Shown piece after piece: positions 9,027 to 17,046 of a stretch of DNA of 64,000 bases. The stretch lies in IMG/VR virus record IMGVR_UViG_3300023096_000001, positions 6,134-70,133 of that record, one strand, 5' to 3'. Position 1 is the first letter of the stretch; each line of letters begins with the position of its first letter. The notes beneath the pieces are model-generated. The model had not been told where the DNA came from, did no database searches, and worked only from the letters and a program-made list of their open reading frames with translations. The position numbers and the translations under genes were made by a program. This DNA is from a virus.

Positions 9027-9809
9027 CTATCCTTGCTTTAACTTCAATTCTTGCTGCTTCTTTTTGCCGGGTTTGGACCAGGATAGATTTTCGTTTATTA
9101 AATGATTTAAAAATACTCTACCTTTCTCAGTCCAAACCATATAGTGCTCTGTATAAGTGACTCCTTCCGCAGTCGTATGCGGATGCGTCCTCGTCTCAAT
9201 ATAACCTTTCCCTGTGTAGTCGGCATAAAGCATATACCTGCCATTGCTTTTCTTGTATTGAATCCTTCTATTTACAAGTATTTTATTCAAGGCGATGGCT
9301 GATAGCCCCAACTCATTAGCGATCTCGGATGTTGTCATGGTTGTCTTTGAGGAGAGCACCACATCCACATACTCCGCTTTTGGTGCCAGTATCGCATTTT
9401 CTTCTTCGAGTGCAATCACTTTCTTTTCTGCCTCAAGTGCCATCTCCAATATTTGTAACCTTGACAACTCAGGCATAACTATTGAATGAGACTGAGAAGT
9501 CTGCTCTGTAATCAAATCCTCAATTCGATCTCTGAATTTTTTCGCTCTCTCAGATCTTATAAAGAATCCCAACCGAATAAGTCCTCTCGCTGTCCAGTAC
9601 GTAACTGATTGAGAACCACTGCTGTCAGTATTACTGACACTGATAAAGTGTTTATTTTCCACAAGCTCATCAGACTTGGTGCTTTTATGCTGCCTTATCG
9701 AGCTTTCGGAAACACCATATCCACATGCAACTGAAGCATTATCCAATAGTAATTGATGTACTGAGTGCTCTTTGGCAGAAAAAGTAACTCCTTCAAATTG
9801 AAATTCCAT
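9027..9809 (-). CDS. phage antirepressor with KilAC (ANT) C-terminal domain
   Basis: LAPKAEYVDVVLSSKTTMTTSEIANELGLSAIALNKIL...WTEKGRVFL; N-terminal WTARGLIRLGFFIRSERAKKFRD. Confidence 0.85.
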   Translation of the reverse strand: MEFQFEGVTFSAKEHSVHQLLLDNASVACGYGVSESSIRQHKSTKSDELVENKHFISVSNTDSSGSQSVTYWTARGLIRLGFFIRSERAKKFRDRIEDLITEQTSQSHSIVMPELSRLQILEMALEAEKKVIALEEENAILAPKAEYVDVVLSSKTTMTTSEIANELGLSAIALNKILVNRRIQYKKSNGRYMLYADYTGKGYIETRTHPHTTAEGVTYTEHYMVWTEKGRVFLNHLINENLSWSKPGKKKQQELKLKQG

Positions 9810-9816
9810 ATAAATC

Positions 9817-9975
9817 TTATTTTAAGTTTTCCTCTTCAAGGTCTTCCACGACAAGAACCCTTCCGCTGGGGAGCTTTTCTGTCTTGACCAGGTCTTTATT
9901 GATCCAGTTCCAAACCGTTCGGTAGCTCACTTTTTTCAAGACCGCGTACTCTTTTATTAAATAGGTCGTCTTCAT
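9817..9975 (-). CDS. small MerR/excisionase-like HTH protein (52 aa)
   Basis: Read by hand: MKTTYLIKEYAVLKKVSYRTVWNWINKDLVKTEKLPSGRVLV. Confidence 0.7.
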   Translation of the reverse strand: MKTTYLIKEYAVLKKVSYRTVWNWINKDLVKTEKLPSGRVLVVEDLEEENLK

Positions 9976-9978
9976 ACA

Positions 9979-10009
9979 CAAATTTAAATAAATTTCACAT
10001 TAATACAAA
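9979..10009 (-). promoter_or_regulatory. Bacteroidota promoter (-33 TTTG, -7 TAAATTTG)
   Basis: both boxes, 19 nt spacer, directly upstream of HTH-antirepressor pair. Confidence 0.75.
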
Positions 10010-10028
10010 TTATTTCACAGATATTCTT

Positions 10029-10256
10029 TCAGTCAATCCTTTTCGCGTCTTCCTCTTCCCAATCCACGCAAGGCACATCCTGCTCGCCAAGATACCTGCC
10101 GTTGCGCCAGTACAATTCGAAATATTCCACAGAGCGGTCCTGTAGGACAATACGCTGATGATACCGCTCCAACCCGCACACACCACATTTCTGCGGCTTA
10201 AACCCGTTGGGGATGTCTACCGGGTTGGGGTGATCCTGCCAAAGGTGCGCTCTCAT
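10029..10256 (-). CDS. hypothetical protein with CxxC
   Basis: 75 aa ORF. Confidence 0.55.
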   Translation of the reverse strand: MRAHLWQDHPNPVDIPNGFKPQKCGVCGLERYHQRIVLQDRSVEYFELYWRNGRYLGEQDVPCVDWEEEDAKRID

Positions 10257-10567
10257 GGTAATGTTATAATTAGTTCAATGTTGTCAATGCTGATGTCCAT
10301 ATCCCATTCTTCCGGGTCTAATTGATGATTTGATGGATATGAAACCGTATGGATATCACATTTATATATGCCTTTCTGTAAAAGTAATTTTTCGCTCTCT
10401 TCCTTAGGAAGATTGTCTGATAGAAATATACCATCAAAAATATCTAGCTCAATTAGGTTGGGTATGCTATGGATCAAGGCCCATTCGCCAGTATCCGTTG
10501 AAGAGATCATACATTTAAATGTACTCTCCTTGGTTCGTCCGAAAATGTTAAATGTATCTATGCTCAT
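10253..10567 (-). CDS. hypothetical phage protein
   Basis: 104 aa, ATGA overlaps. Confidence 0.6.
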   Translation of the reverse strand: MSIDTFNIFGRTKESTFKCMISSTDTGEWALIHSIPNLIELDIFDGIFLSDNLPKEESEKLLLQKGIYKCDIHTVSYPSNHQLDPEEWDMDISIDNIELIITLP

Positions 10568-10773
10568 GGTTTATTAAATAATTCTTTAGGGAAATATAAT
10601 CTATCAGTTAATCCTATCATAGGTATATGAAATTCTTCACCAATGCCCACTAAAGAGACTTTTTCACCTTCAACACTCCTTAGCTGATAACGTTTATCAT
10701 GCGATAACCAATTAGCTTCAAAAGGCGGTATTTCAATGTCTTTTTTGACTACTACATAATCACCTGTATTCAT
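10564..10773 (-). CDS. hypothetical phage protein
   Basis: 69 aa, ATGA overlaps. Confidence 0.6.
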   Translation of the reverse strand: MNTGDYVVVKKDIEIPPFEANWLSHDKRYQLRSVEGEKVSLVGIGEEFHIPMIGLTDRLYFPKELFNKP

Positions 10774-11051
10774 GATTTCTTAAAATTTTTCTTATTCGCC
10801 AACCCTTTATAATACCGCACCTTTTCGCGTAAGCTCGTGATCGAGTCATTATTCTCTTCGATGACCTTTTCCAGGGCAATCCGCTCCTGCACATTCCACA
10901 TGATGATTTCATTCTTTTCGCGGAGTATTTTGTAGTGATGCCACGCGCGAAGGGAAAACCCGACAATAGCTGCCGTTGTAACGCATACACACCAGTATAG
11001 CTCCCAGCCCACGTAATTCTGATTTAAACTTTTTAAGAATGATGTCCACAT
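10770..11051 (-). CDS. membrane-anchored coiled-coil protein
   Basis: hydrophobic segment LYWCVCVTTAAIVGFSL then coiled coil. Confidence 0.6.
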   Translation of the reverse strand: MWTSFLKSLNQNYVGWELYWCVCVTTAAIVGFSLRAWHHYKILREKNEIIMWNVQERIALEKVIEENNDSITSLREKVRYYKGLANKKNFKKS

Positions 11052-11127
11052 TGGTTTCTTTGAATGCTCACCCCTGAAAGGGTGAAGATGAGTAATAGAT
11101 AAATAATGATAGAGAAGGTGATCATGG

Positions 11128-11370
11128 CTAGCTCTGTTTAGGATATACCATTGTTAAAAGAGGCATCACAAAAGGGATCGCTTCGTGTCCCTGTCCATAC
11201 TTTTCAATAACTTCATTCACCGCTTTCGTGGGGCACGAAATAAGGGCTTCTGAGACAATATCGCCTTGGCTGTTATGCAGCACGCTGGACCGAAAAAAGA
11301 TTTTGCCACCGTGCTGTGTGATGGTGTCAGGCAGAGCCACTTGGCTCAAGAGCATTAAGATTCTTTGCAT
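11128..11370 (-). CDS. hypothetical phage protein
   Basis: 80 aa ORF. Confidence 0.55.
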   Translation of the reverse strand: MQRILMLLSQVALPDTITQHGGKIFFRSSVLHNSQGDIVSEALISCPTKAVNEVIEKYGQGHEAIPFVMPLLTMVYPKQS

Positions 11371-11445
11371 GATTGTTTTTGCTTAGATACGACAATTCAT
11401 TCAACTTTAAAAGGTGACTGCTGAAAACGGTAATATGTTAAAAAT

Positions 11446-12408
11446 TTACTTTTTCTTGAAAACGTATGCAGGTATTGAGCTTGTCAAATAAGTGACTGGA
11501 ATTGTACCAGAGCTGAGGTAACGCAGATTCTGTACTTTCAATTGTTGCTTCGTGTACGTCTTCAAATAGTTGACTCCCTTAGGAATTTCTAAATAATCCC
11601 TGTTTGGAAGTTTAAATTCAGACATCACCTCACGAACAATCATGTACCCGAATAAAAAAGCGCCTTTTAAAAAGCCAAAAGTTTCATCATGATAAAGATG
11701 GCGCTCTTTTTCGGGGATGATGACGTATTTTCGACGATACTCCATCAAGCCGGCTTTTTGCCAGATCTTTTTATACTTACGTCCTGTGGTCTCAGACTTT
11801 CTACCTGAATGCTTTGCAATGCCTTTATTTGATATACAAACTTGTCCTCGAGACTTCTTTCCGCCCTTAGCTTCATACGCGTCCAATTTCCTTTTCACGC
11901 CTGCGCCAAGGTCAAATTTCCCAGCTCTGTTTTTCAATGTTTCGAGTTCGAATTCCTTCTGGACATGTTTGTATACCATCTTCAGCACTGAAATTACTGA
12001 GATAGACCTTAATAGTATTTTCGTTTCGGCTAGTGTTTCTCCAGATGTTGCAGTGACACATTTGCCGGTTATAAAAACCCCTTTGGAAGGGTACAATTTA
12101 TTCAGGGTTTTACTGCCTGACAGGAAAATGTGTCCGTCACGAAATTGGACGACTTTTTCTTCTGTCAGAATGTTTAAATGAAATTTCAAGGCATTCAAAG
12201 ATATGCCCATCTTTTCAGCGAGCTGCCTCTTGGAGGTATTGTAAAGAATAGGGTGCTTGTAAAGCCTTCTCATTTGCACGTAATAAGCCAATGTCCCTAA
12301 GAGATTCTTGTTGTAGAAGTCAGTCCACATCATACAAGGCAGCTGAACATTCTTTTTAGAATGCTTTTCGGTTAATTGATTCTTTTTACGTTTTAGCTTT
12401 TTTAACAT
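11446..12408 (-). CDS. winged-HTH protein, possible replication initiator
   Basis: SKRQLAEKMGISLNALKFHLNILTEEKVV HTH; basic protein; ATG at 12408. Confidence 0.55.
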   Translation of the reverse strand: MLKKLKRKKNQLTEKHSKKNVQLPCMMWTDFYNKNLLGTLAYYVQMRRLYKHPILYNTSKRQLAEKMGISLNALKFHLNILTEEKVVQFRDGHIFLSGSKTLNKLYPSKGVFITGKCVTATSGETLAETKILLRSISVISVLKMVYKHVQKEFELETLKNRAGKFDLGAGVKRKLDAYEAKGGKKSRGQVCISNKGIAKHSGRKSETTGRKYKKIWQKAGLMEYRRKYVIIPEKERHLYHDETFGFLKGAFLFGYMIVREVMSEFKLPNRDYLEIPKGVNYLKTYTKQQLKVQNLRYLSSGTIPVTYLTSSIPAYVFKKK

Positions 12409-12560
12409 AGCAAAAGCCACCCTAAGTAAGATTAAGCATTGAGTGAGTTTTGCGAAAACAATCAGAGCTAATCAGGGTGGCTTTTCAGATGCTGTAAATA
12501 TGGGTGATCCGGTGATCCAGATGAAAAAGCTAATCTATTTACTCTAAATTGTTTTCGCAT
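12409..12560 (-). promoter_or_regulatory. structured 5' leader with alternative pairing
   Basis: 12-bp stem 12412-12423/12474-12485; loop 12451-12462 complementary to 5' end 12548-12559. Confidence 0.6.
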
Positions 12561-12562
12561 TT

Positions 12563-12593
12563 CAAATATAATCAATACCGGCATACTTACAAA
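12563..12593 (-). promoter_or_regulatory. Bacteroidota promoter (-33 TTTG, -7 TATATTTG)
   Basis: both boxes, 19 nt spacer. Confidence 0.75.
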
Positions 12594-12601
12594 AAATATT
12601 T

Positions 12602-12781
12602 TCAATACTCGTCAAGCTCCCTCCCTTCGCAGGATTCCCCTTCGAGAATATCCGCCAAAAACAGGGCTGCTGCAAAAAGTCCCAGTGCCAGGGTGAACCC
12701 TTCCCGTTGCTGTTCGAAGATGATCATCCCGAAAAGGGTCAGCGCGAAAAGGAGAAGCGAAAGGGGTTTTAGTAGTTTCAT
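12602..12781 (-). CDS. small two-TM membrane protein (59 aa)
   Basis: Read by hand: MKLLKPLSLLLFALTLFGMIIFEQQREGFTLALGLFAAALFLADIL... Confidence 0.55.
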   Translation of the reverse strand: MKLLKPLSLLLFALTLFGMIIFEQQREGFTLALGLFAAALFLADILEGESCEGRELDEY

Positions 12782-12981
12782 GGCTTCGTACGCTTAAATT
12801 TTTCTGTCACAAATTCTGAATCAATCAAGAATAGAAACCCTATACATCCAGCTAAAACAACTACCGTCCCAATCAATATGCCTGCCCAGAATACGGTATA
12901 CCAAAAGGTGGCACAGAATATAAGGGCACAAATAAGCATAGCCCAAAATGCTAAATCAATATTTTCTCTATCTTGTTTCAT
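12778..12981 (-). CDS. small two-TM membrane protein
   Basis: LAFWAMLICALIFCATFW / ILIGTVVVLAGCIGFLFLI. Confidence 0.6.
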   Translation of the reverse strand: MKQDRENIDLAFWAMLICALIFCATFWYTVFWAGILIGTVVVLAGCIGFLFLIDSEFVTEKFKRTKP

Positions 12982-13129
12982 CGGTCGTAGATTTTAAAAA
13001 GAGTAAAACTGATATTATTAAAATAAACACAAACAACCCTGTAAAATTTCCCGTATAAGGCGAGATAAACCCAAGGGTAGACACAAACAGCAGAAACGCG
13101 GAAAGGTTGCGTAGGTCAGAGTTTCTCAT
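12968..13129 (-). CDS. small two-TM membrane protein (53 aa)
   Basis: Read by hand: MRNSDLRNLSAFLLFVSTLGFISPYTGNFTGLFVFILIISVLLFLK... Confidence 0.5.
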   Translation of the reverse strand: MRNSDLRNLSAFLLFVSTLGFISPYTGNFTGLFVFILIISVLLFLKSTTDETR

Positions 13130-13302
13130 GGTCTATGTTGTTTACGAGCTTTCCTTTGCGCTTTCCTTTTTGCAATAGTCTTCTTGTCAGGGCTCGGTTT
13201 ATTGGGGTTTCTTTTCCTCATACTTAGGTCGATGTTGTTGCCACTTGACATAACAGCGCCCATCAAGGATAATAATCCTAAAGTGTCTTTGATGCTGCTC
13301 AT
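13126..13302 (-). CDS. small basic protein (58 aa)
   Basis: Read by hand: MSSIKDTLGLLSLMGAVMS...KRKAQRKARKQHRP; ATGA overlap. Confidence 0.5.
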   Translation of the reverse strand: MSSIKDTLGLLSLMGAVMSSGNNIDLSMRKRNPNKPSPDKKTIAKRKAQRKARKQHRP

Positions 13303-13430
13303 TTTGATTTTTGTTTAGCGTTTTTAATGACAAAGCTGCACGCCCAAAGAAGCAGGCATAAAGCGGTAGAGATCTGAAGCACTTCAAGTAGCTCCTCTCC
13401 GTGAGATAATAAAATTCCTGACATGGTTAA

Positions 13431-13670
13431 TTATTTTAATCGTACAAATCCCAAAATTTCCCTAAATCCATCTAAGTTGTCATAAGAGGCCGTTATTTTC
13501 CCATTAGGCGACTTAAAAATAGATATTTCAATATTATAACAATAATCAGGTTTGAAGTAAAACTCATTAAACTTATAAAGCTTTCTTGTCCTGTATAGTT
13601 TTTTTGCAAGCCTCAATTCTCTGGGATAATTTCTCCTGTCGCTTACTGTTGCGAAATAACGCCTTCTCAT
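13431..13670 (-). CDS. hypothetical phage protein
   Basis: 79 aa ORF. Confidence 0.5.
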   Translation of the reverse strand: MRRRYFATVSDRRNYPRELRLAKKLYRTRKLYKFNEFYFKPDYCYNIEISIFKSPNGKITASYDNLDGFREILGFVRLK

Positions 13671-13894
13671 AAATATTTTTGTGCGATAAGAATAATTTTT
13701 TCGTAATCCTGTATTTTAACCTGCATGTCGCGGATAAACCCTTCGACGGAATCCGTCCGGGGTACCTGTGCAGATTCATCTTTGAAACCTTCTGCCCATA
13801 ATTGGGCTTCAAGGTCGAGGCGATTTTGGTTCTGAGTGCTCATATCGACTTGATTTATCGGTTTTAAGTGATTTGAAAGTGTTTCGAATAGCAT
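13667..13894 (-). CDS. hypothetical phage protein
   Basis: 75 aa, first gene after long leader. Confidence 0.55.
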   Translation of the reverse strand: MLFETLSNHLKPINQVDMSTQNQNRLDLEAQLWAEGFKDESAQVPRTDSVEGFIRDMQVKIQDYEKIILIAQKYL

Positions 13895-13899
13895 AATTT

Positions 13900-14140
13900 T
13901 AAAAGGTTAGCACCTGCCCGAAGTTGCGTCTTCGGCGAGACCTCTTACGCGGGAGGCACAGGTTGGAAATTATCCGCATTGATGTTGGCATCAAGAATCT
14001 TTTCAGATCGGAAGTTGTTACCTTGCAGCGGAAATGTCTTAAAAGTTTCACCCCTTTCAAGCGCGTGGTTCGCACGGCTTATCTTTACTTAGGGCAACAT
14101 GTCAAAGAGCGTTTCAGGAATCTATTTCCCTTTTGTTCGT
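13900..14140 (-). ncRNA. candidate ~240 nt structured leader/ncRNA with boxA-like element
   Basis: no credible ORF; 5'/3' end complementarity; hairpins; CGCTCTTTGACA at 14100-14111. Confidence 0.4.
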
Positions 14141-14142
14141 TA

Positions 14143-14199
14143 CAAAGATACTTCATATAATTTCATATAAACAAACATTATTTCATATAATTTCATAAT
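14143..14199 (-). promoter_or_regulatory. Bacteroidota promoter overlapped by TTTCATATAA direct repeats
   Basis: -7 TATCTTTG 14143-14150, -33 TTTG 14172-14175; four repeat copies in 14152-14199. Confidence 0.7.
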
Positions 14200-14217
14200 T
14201 CAGAATTCGTCTAAATA

Positions 14218-14376
14218 ATGGAACTTCAGCAGCTACTTAAAAAAACAATTATCCTCTCAAAAGCCCAATTAAAGCAGGTCATCGAAGACAGGGCCGCTGC
14301 TGAAAGGCAGAAACTTTTGCTCAGGCGTGTGAAAGATAGTTTAATTCAGGAAATTTTCGAAAAGAAAAACCCCTAA
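14218..14376 (+). CDS. small helical protein, divergent orphan (52 aa)
   Basis: Read by hand: MELQQLLKKTIILSKAQLKQVIEDRAAAERQKLLLRRVKDSLIQEIFEKKNP. Confidence 0.35.
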   Translation: MELQQLLKKTIILSKAQLKQVIEDRAAAERQKLLLRRVKDSLIQEIFEKKNP

Positions 14377-14419
14377 AGAGGGGCGCTCTGAAGGGGTTTG
14401 CTTGGTTAGGTTAATAATA

Positions 14420-14638
14420 CTACTTTTTAAACTGTTTGATCTCCAAAAGATCCGCACACTGTTCAATAATTTGATCCAATTCCTGGATTCTCCTTGCCGC
14501 GAGATTCTTTGAAAGTGTTTTTAATGACGGATCCACCTTCAAGGCTTTCTTTAAGAAATACCGGGCGCATTTTTCTGCTTCTGAATGCTGCCTTGCAAGG
14601 AGCTGCGCTGGTGGGATGGAGGTGTATTTAGGGTTCAA
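14420..14638 (-). CDS. hypothetical phage protein
   Basis: 72 aa ORF. Confidence 0.55.
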   Translation of the reverse strand: MNPKYTSIPPAQLLARQHSEAEKCARYFLKKALKVDPSLKTLSKNLAARRIQELDQIIEQCADLLEIKQFKK

Positions 14639-14829
14639 TATTTAAATATAGTGGGTTCGTGCATGGTGGCATACATAAACAATTCTCTGTATTGAGTTAA
14701 ATTTAAGAGACATAACTTATTCGTGCCGTAATTTTTCGTAATCGTAGTCCACTCGTCTTGCTCATTCCAATCTAACATATAGTAATACGACCTTGCTACG
14801 ACTTCAGATCCATCTGCTAAAGTTTTCAT
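14635..14829 (-). CDS. hypothetical phage protein
   Basis: 64 aa, MKTLADGSEVVARSYYY. Confidence 0.55.
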   Translation of the reverse strand: MKTLADGSEVVARSYYYMLDWNEQDEWTTITKNYGTNKLCLLNLTQYRELFMYATMHEPTIFKY

Positions 14830-14832
14830 GCT

Positions 14833-15690
14833 TTACTGAATTTTGAAACTCCCAACATACTTCACCCCAATGCTCACTTTCTCCGGCAGAATAATTAAGA
14901 CATTCTTCCAGGAAACACCGTCTAAGGAATATTCTACATTCATCTGCTTTAAACCGCTCACCTCTTTCAGGGTAAACGAGACAGAAACCGTTTCAGGGTC
15001 TGTTTGTGAGAACGTAAGCCCTTCGTAAGAAACCCCGCTCTCGCAGTTGTTCAAACACCCCCTTGTCGCAGCTCCCAGCGCAAGCGGATTGGGCGGGTTG
15101 CCTTGATAGCATAATTTAATGTCTTTAGAGCTGGTCAGCACGCCTGAAAGGTTTAAACCCGTTGCTACTTTGATTAAACCGGTCCCGGTGACAAGTTCGG
15201 TACCGTTCAGGTTCAACCCTCTGGCGTCCACGCTGCTGCATCCTTCCATCGACAGATTGCCTCCGTTCAGGTTTAAATTCCCTTCAACAATCGTCCTGCC
15301 GGAAACTTTATAGGTGACATTCTTGCCGCCCAGCTCAAGGTTGCCTTTTACCAGGTGCGTGCCCTTGTTTTGCAGGTAAAGCATGGTGCCCGTCAGGATC
15401 ACATCTTGAGAGGTAAGCAATCCTTCATTGATAATTGTGGCATTATTGGCCGGTTTTAGGCGGTCTGAGAGGGTTAAATCTCCAGAGCTAAGCACACTCA
15501 CCTTCAACGCTGATCCGCTGACAGGAACGAATGTTTTCACGGTTGTTTTTCCTGGCACAGTAAGCTGTACATTGTACCAGACAAAGATTGTGTCGAAACT
15601 TCCCGCTGGCAGGCTGTAATCGGTTTTCGCGGTCAGGTTGCTCCCGAAAGAGGGAAACGCGAAAAGGATAAGGATGAGTAGTTTTTTCAT
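14833..15690 (-). CDS. secreted beta-repeat protein with host-like Ig-domain fragment
   Basis: signal peptide MKKLLILILFAFPSFG; GNLNLNGG repeats; C-terminal VEYSLDGVSWKNV. Confidence 0.6.
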   Translation of the reverse strand: MKKLLILILFAFPSFGSNLTAKTDYSLPAGSFDTIFVWYNVQLTVPGKTTVKTFVPVSGSALKVSVLSSGDLTLSDRLKPANNATIINEGLLTSQDVILTGTMLYLQNKGTHLVKGNLELGGKNVTYKVSGRTIVEGNLNLNGGNLSMEGCSSVDARGLNLNGTELVTGTGLIKVATGLNLSGVLTSSKDIKLCYQGNPPNPLALGAATRGCLNNCESGVSYEGLTFSQTDPETVSVSFTLKEVSGLKQMNVEYSLDGVSWKNVLIILPEKVSIGVKYVGSFKIQ

Positions 15691-16058
15691 GATTGAATTA
15701 AATCAAGTGCTCTTTGTAATCCATTTTCCAATGCCTCTTCGTAGGAGTTATGGTCATACGTCCAGTATCCTGTATTTTCGGTGTCATCTTTCACGTTTAG
15801 GGCAACACTCCAGTCGCTGAAATTGTCGGTTGTAATTTCTATGTGGATGTTGTGAGTTTCCCTTAGCCAAGACTGCAGAACAGATTGACTTGGAAAGCAG
15901 ATTCTGTTATACCGATCCAGTTCCGAATTTTTACCTATTGCCCCATTTATCCAAACATCTCCTGTTTTTGGTTCCACAGATTTTCTGTAATATTCGTCAA
16001 ATCCTTTTTCTTTGGCTAGAACCGCTGTTTGTGTTAAAGCTATATAATCTTCCATCAT
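15687..16058 (-). CDS. Bacteroidota phage hypothetical protein
   Basis: TAVLAKEKGFD...PSQSVLQSWLRETHNIHIEI...YEEALENGL pattern. Confidence 0.7.
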   Translation of the reverse strand: MMEDYIALTQTAVLAKEKGFDEYYRKSVEPKTGDVWINGAIGKNSELDRYNRICFPSQSVLQSWLRETHNIHIEITTDNFSDWSVALNVKDDTENTGYWTYDHNSYEEALENGLQRALDLIQS

Positions 16059-16243
16059 TTATCCCCGTTTAAGACTACCATTTCAGAATCTCTTTTTTCG
16101 CCGGATTCAAAGACAAACTGTGCCTTCACGTAAATCCGAATGGGTTGATTGTTTTTAGGTTCCGGCGGGATATCCTGTCCTGCACAGGATGCCATTAAAA
16201 GGGTGATACCCGCGAAGAGAATCGATTTAAATTGCTTTTTCAT
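16055..16243 (-). CDS. small lipoprotein
   Basis: signal peptide II with lipobox LMASC. Confidence 0.65.
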   Translation of the reverse strand: MKKQFKSILFAGITLLMASCAGQDIPPEPKNNQPIRIYVKAQFVFESGEKRDSEMVVLNGDK

Positions 16244-16283
16244 GATTATTTTTGTAAATTAAGGTTTAAAAGTTCTTTGAAAT

Positions 16284-16400
16284 TTAGTCGTACTTGCCGA
16301 TTCTGTTGTGAAAGTTGTCTTCGTGCTGGCTCGCTGCTGTTTTGGCTAGACTAAAGAAGCACCACATAATGGATGCGCCGAAAAGAATTAATGTTATCAT
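16284..16400 (-). CDS. small single-TM peptide (38 aa)
   Basis: Read by hand: MITLILFGASIMWCFFSLAK...; ATGA overlap. Confidence 0.4.
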   Translation of the reverse strand: MITLILFGASIMWCFFSLAKTAASQHEDNFHNRIGKYD

Positions 16401-16774
16401 GCTGAAAATGTGTTATAAAATTGAATAAATCTTACTACAACTTTGTAAATAGAGGCAATTTTACAGCCTGACGGATCAATGTACATGTAATTGAAATGAT
16501 TGTCGAGCATCCATTTGCCATCTTCAATCGTTGTTTTTGCGCCTACAATTTCAACGGAATAATGCCCAATTGTTTCGATCTTCTCAACAACGGGCATGAG
16601 ATCATCAAAAGAAAGGTGGTAATTAAAATTTTCATCATGCCAATCATGACCCCTCTCATAGTGTCCTGGGACGCGAATAGCTTCTGATTCTTCTTCAAAT
16701 TTTGTCGGCACCCATGCCCATCCCATGAATTCTGCCACAAGTTTATTGTTTTCTAAAATTTCTTCGGGTTTCAT
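16397..16774 (-). CDS. Bacteroidota phage protein (possibly ABA-sandwich-like)
   Basis: NNKLVAEFMGW...YHLSFDDLMPVVEKIE...IYKVVVRFIQFYN. Confidence 0.6.
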   Translation of the reverse strand: MKPEEILENNKLVAEFMGWAWVPTKFEEESEAIRVPGHYERGHDWHDENFNYHLSFDDLMPVVEKIETIGHYSVEIVGAKTTIEDGKWMLDNHFNYMYIDPSGCKIASIYKVVVRFIQFYNTFSA

Positions 16775-16827
16775 TTTCTTTTTCAGTTTTGGTTAAAATA
16801 GAATCGCTTGGCTGTCTTGTTTGGAGC

Positions 16828-17046
16828 TTAATTAACCCGTTGCAGACATCCCTGAAAGGTTGGCTCTACAAACGTGCTTTTTATCTCATCGCCCCATTTC
16901 CTGCATGAATAGCACATGGCTTTTGTGTTGCCTTTTTCGCACCATACATTAATGATTTGTCCTACACGGTATTTTGCCGTAACGGTAAAAGATCCGTGCT
17001 GCTTAAATCCTTTGAACTTCTCTATTGAAACTTTCATATAGTTCAC
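16828..17046 (-). CDS. hypothetical phage protein
   Basis: 72 aa ORF. Confidence 0.5.
   Translation of the reverse strand: MNYMKVSIEKFKGFKQHGSFTVTAKYRVGQIINVWCEKGNTKAMCYSCRKWGDEIKSTFVEPTFQGCLQRVN

Noticed and set aside
12502-12518. GGATCACC tandem resembling the 16S rRNA 3' end
   Set aside because: Only 8 nt, lacks the CUCC anti-SD core; chance cannot be excluded
12728-12766. Extra GAAAAGG copies as a second origin
   Set aside because: They fall inside a hydrophobic minus-strand ORF and are explained by Leu/Phe codons
13900-14140. tmRNA (frame ends ...ADNFQPVPPA-stop)
   Set aside because: No tRNA-Ala-like acceptor stem, T-arm or CCA end; the peptide does not end in an ALAA-like tag
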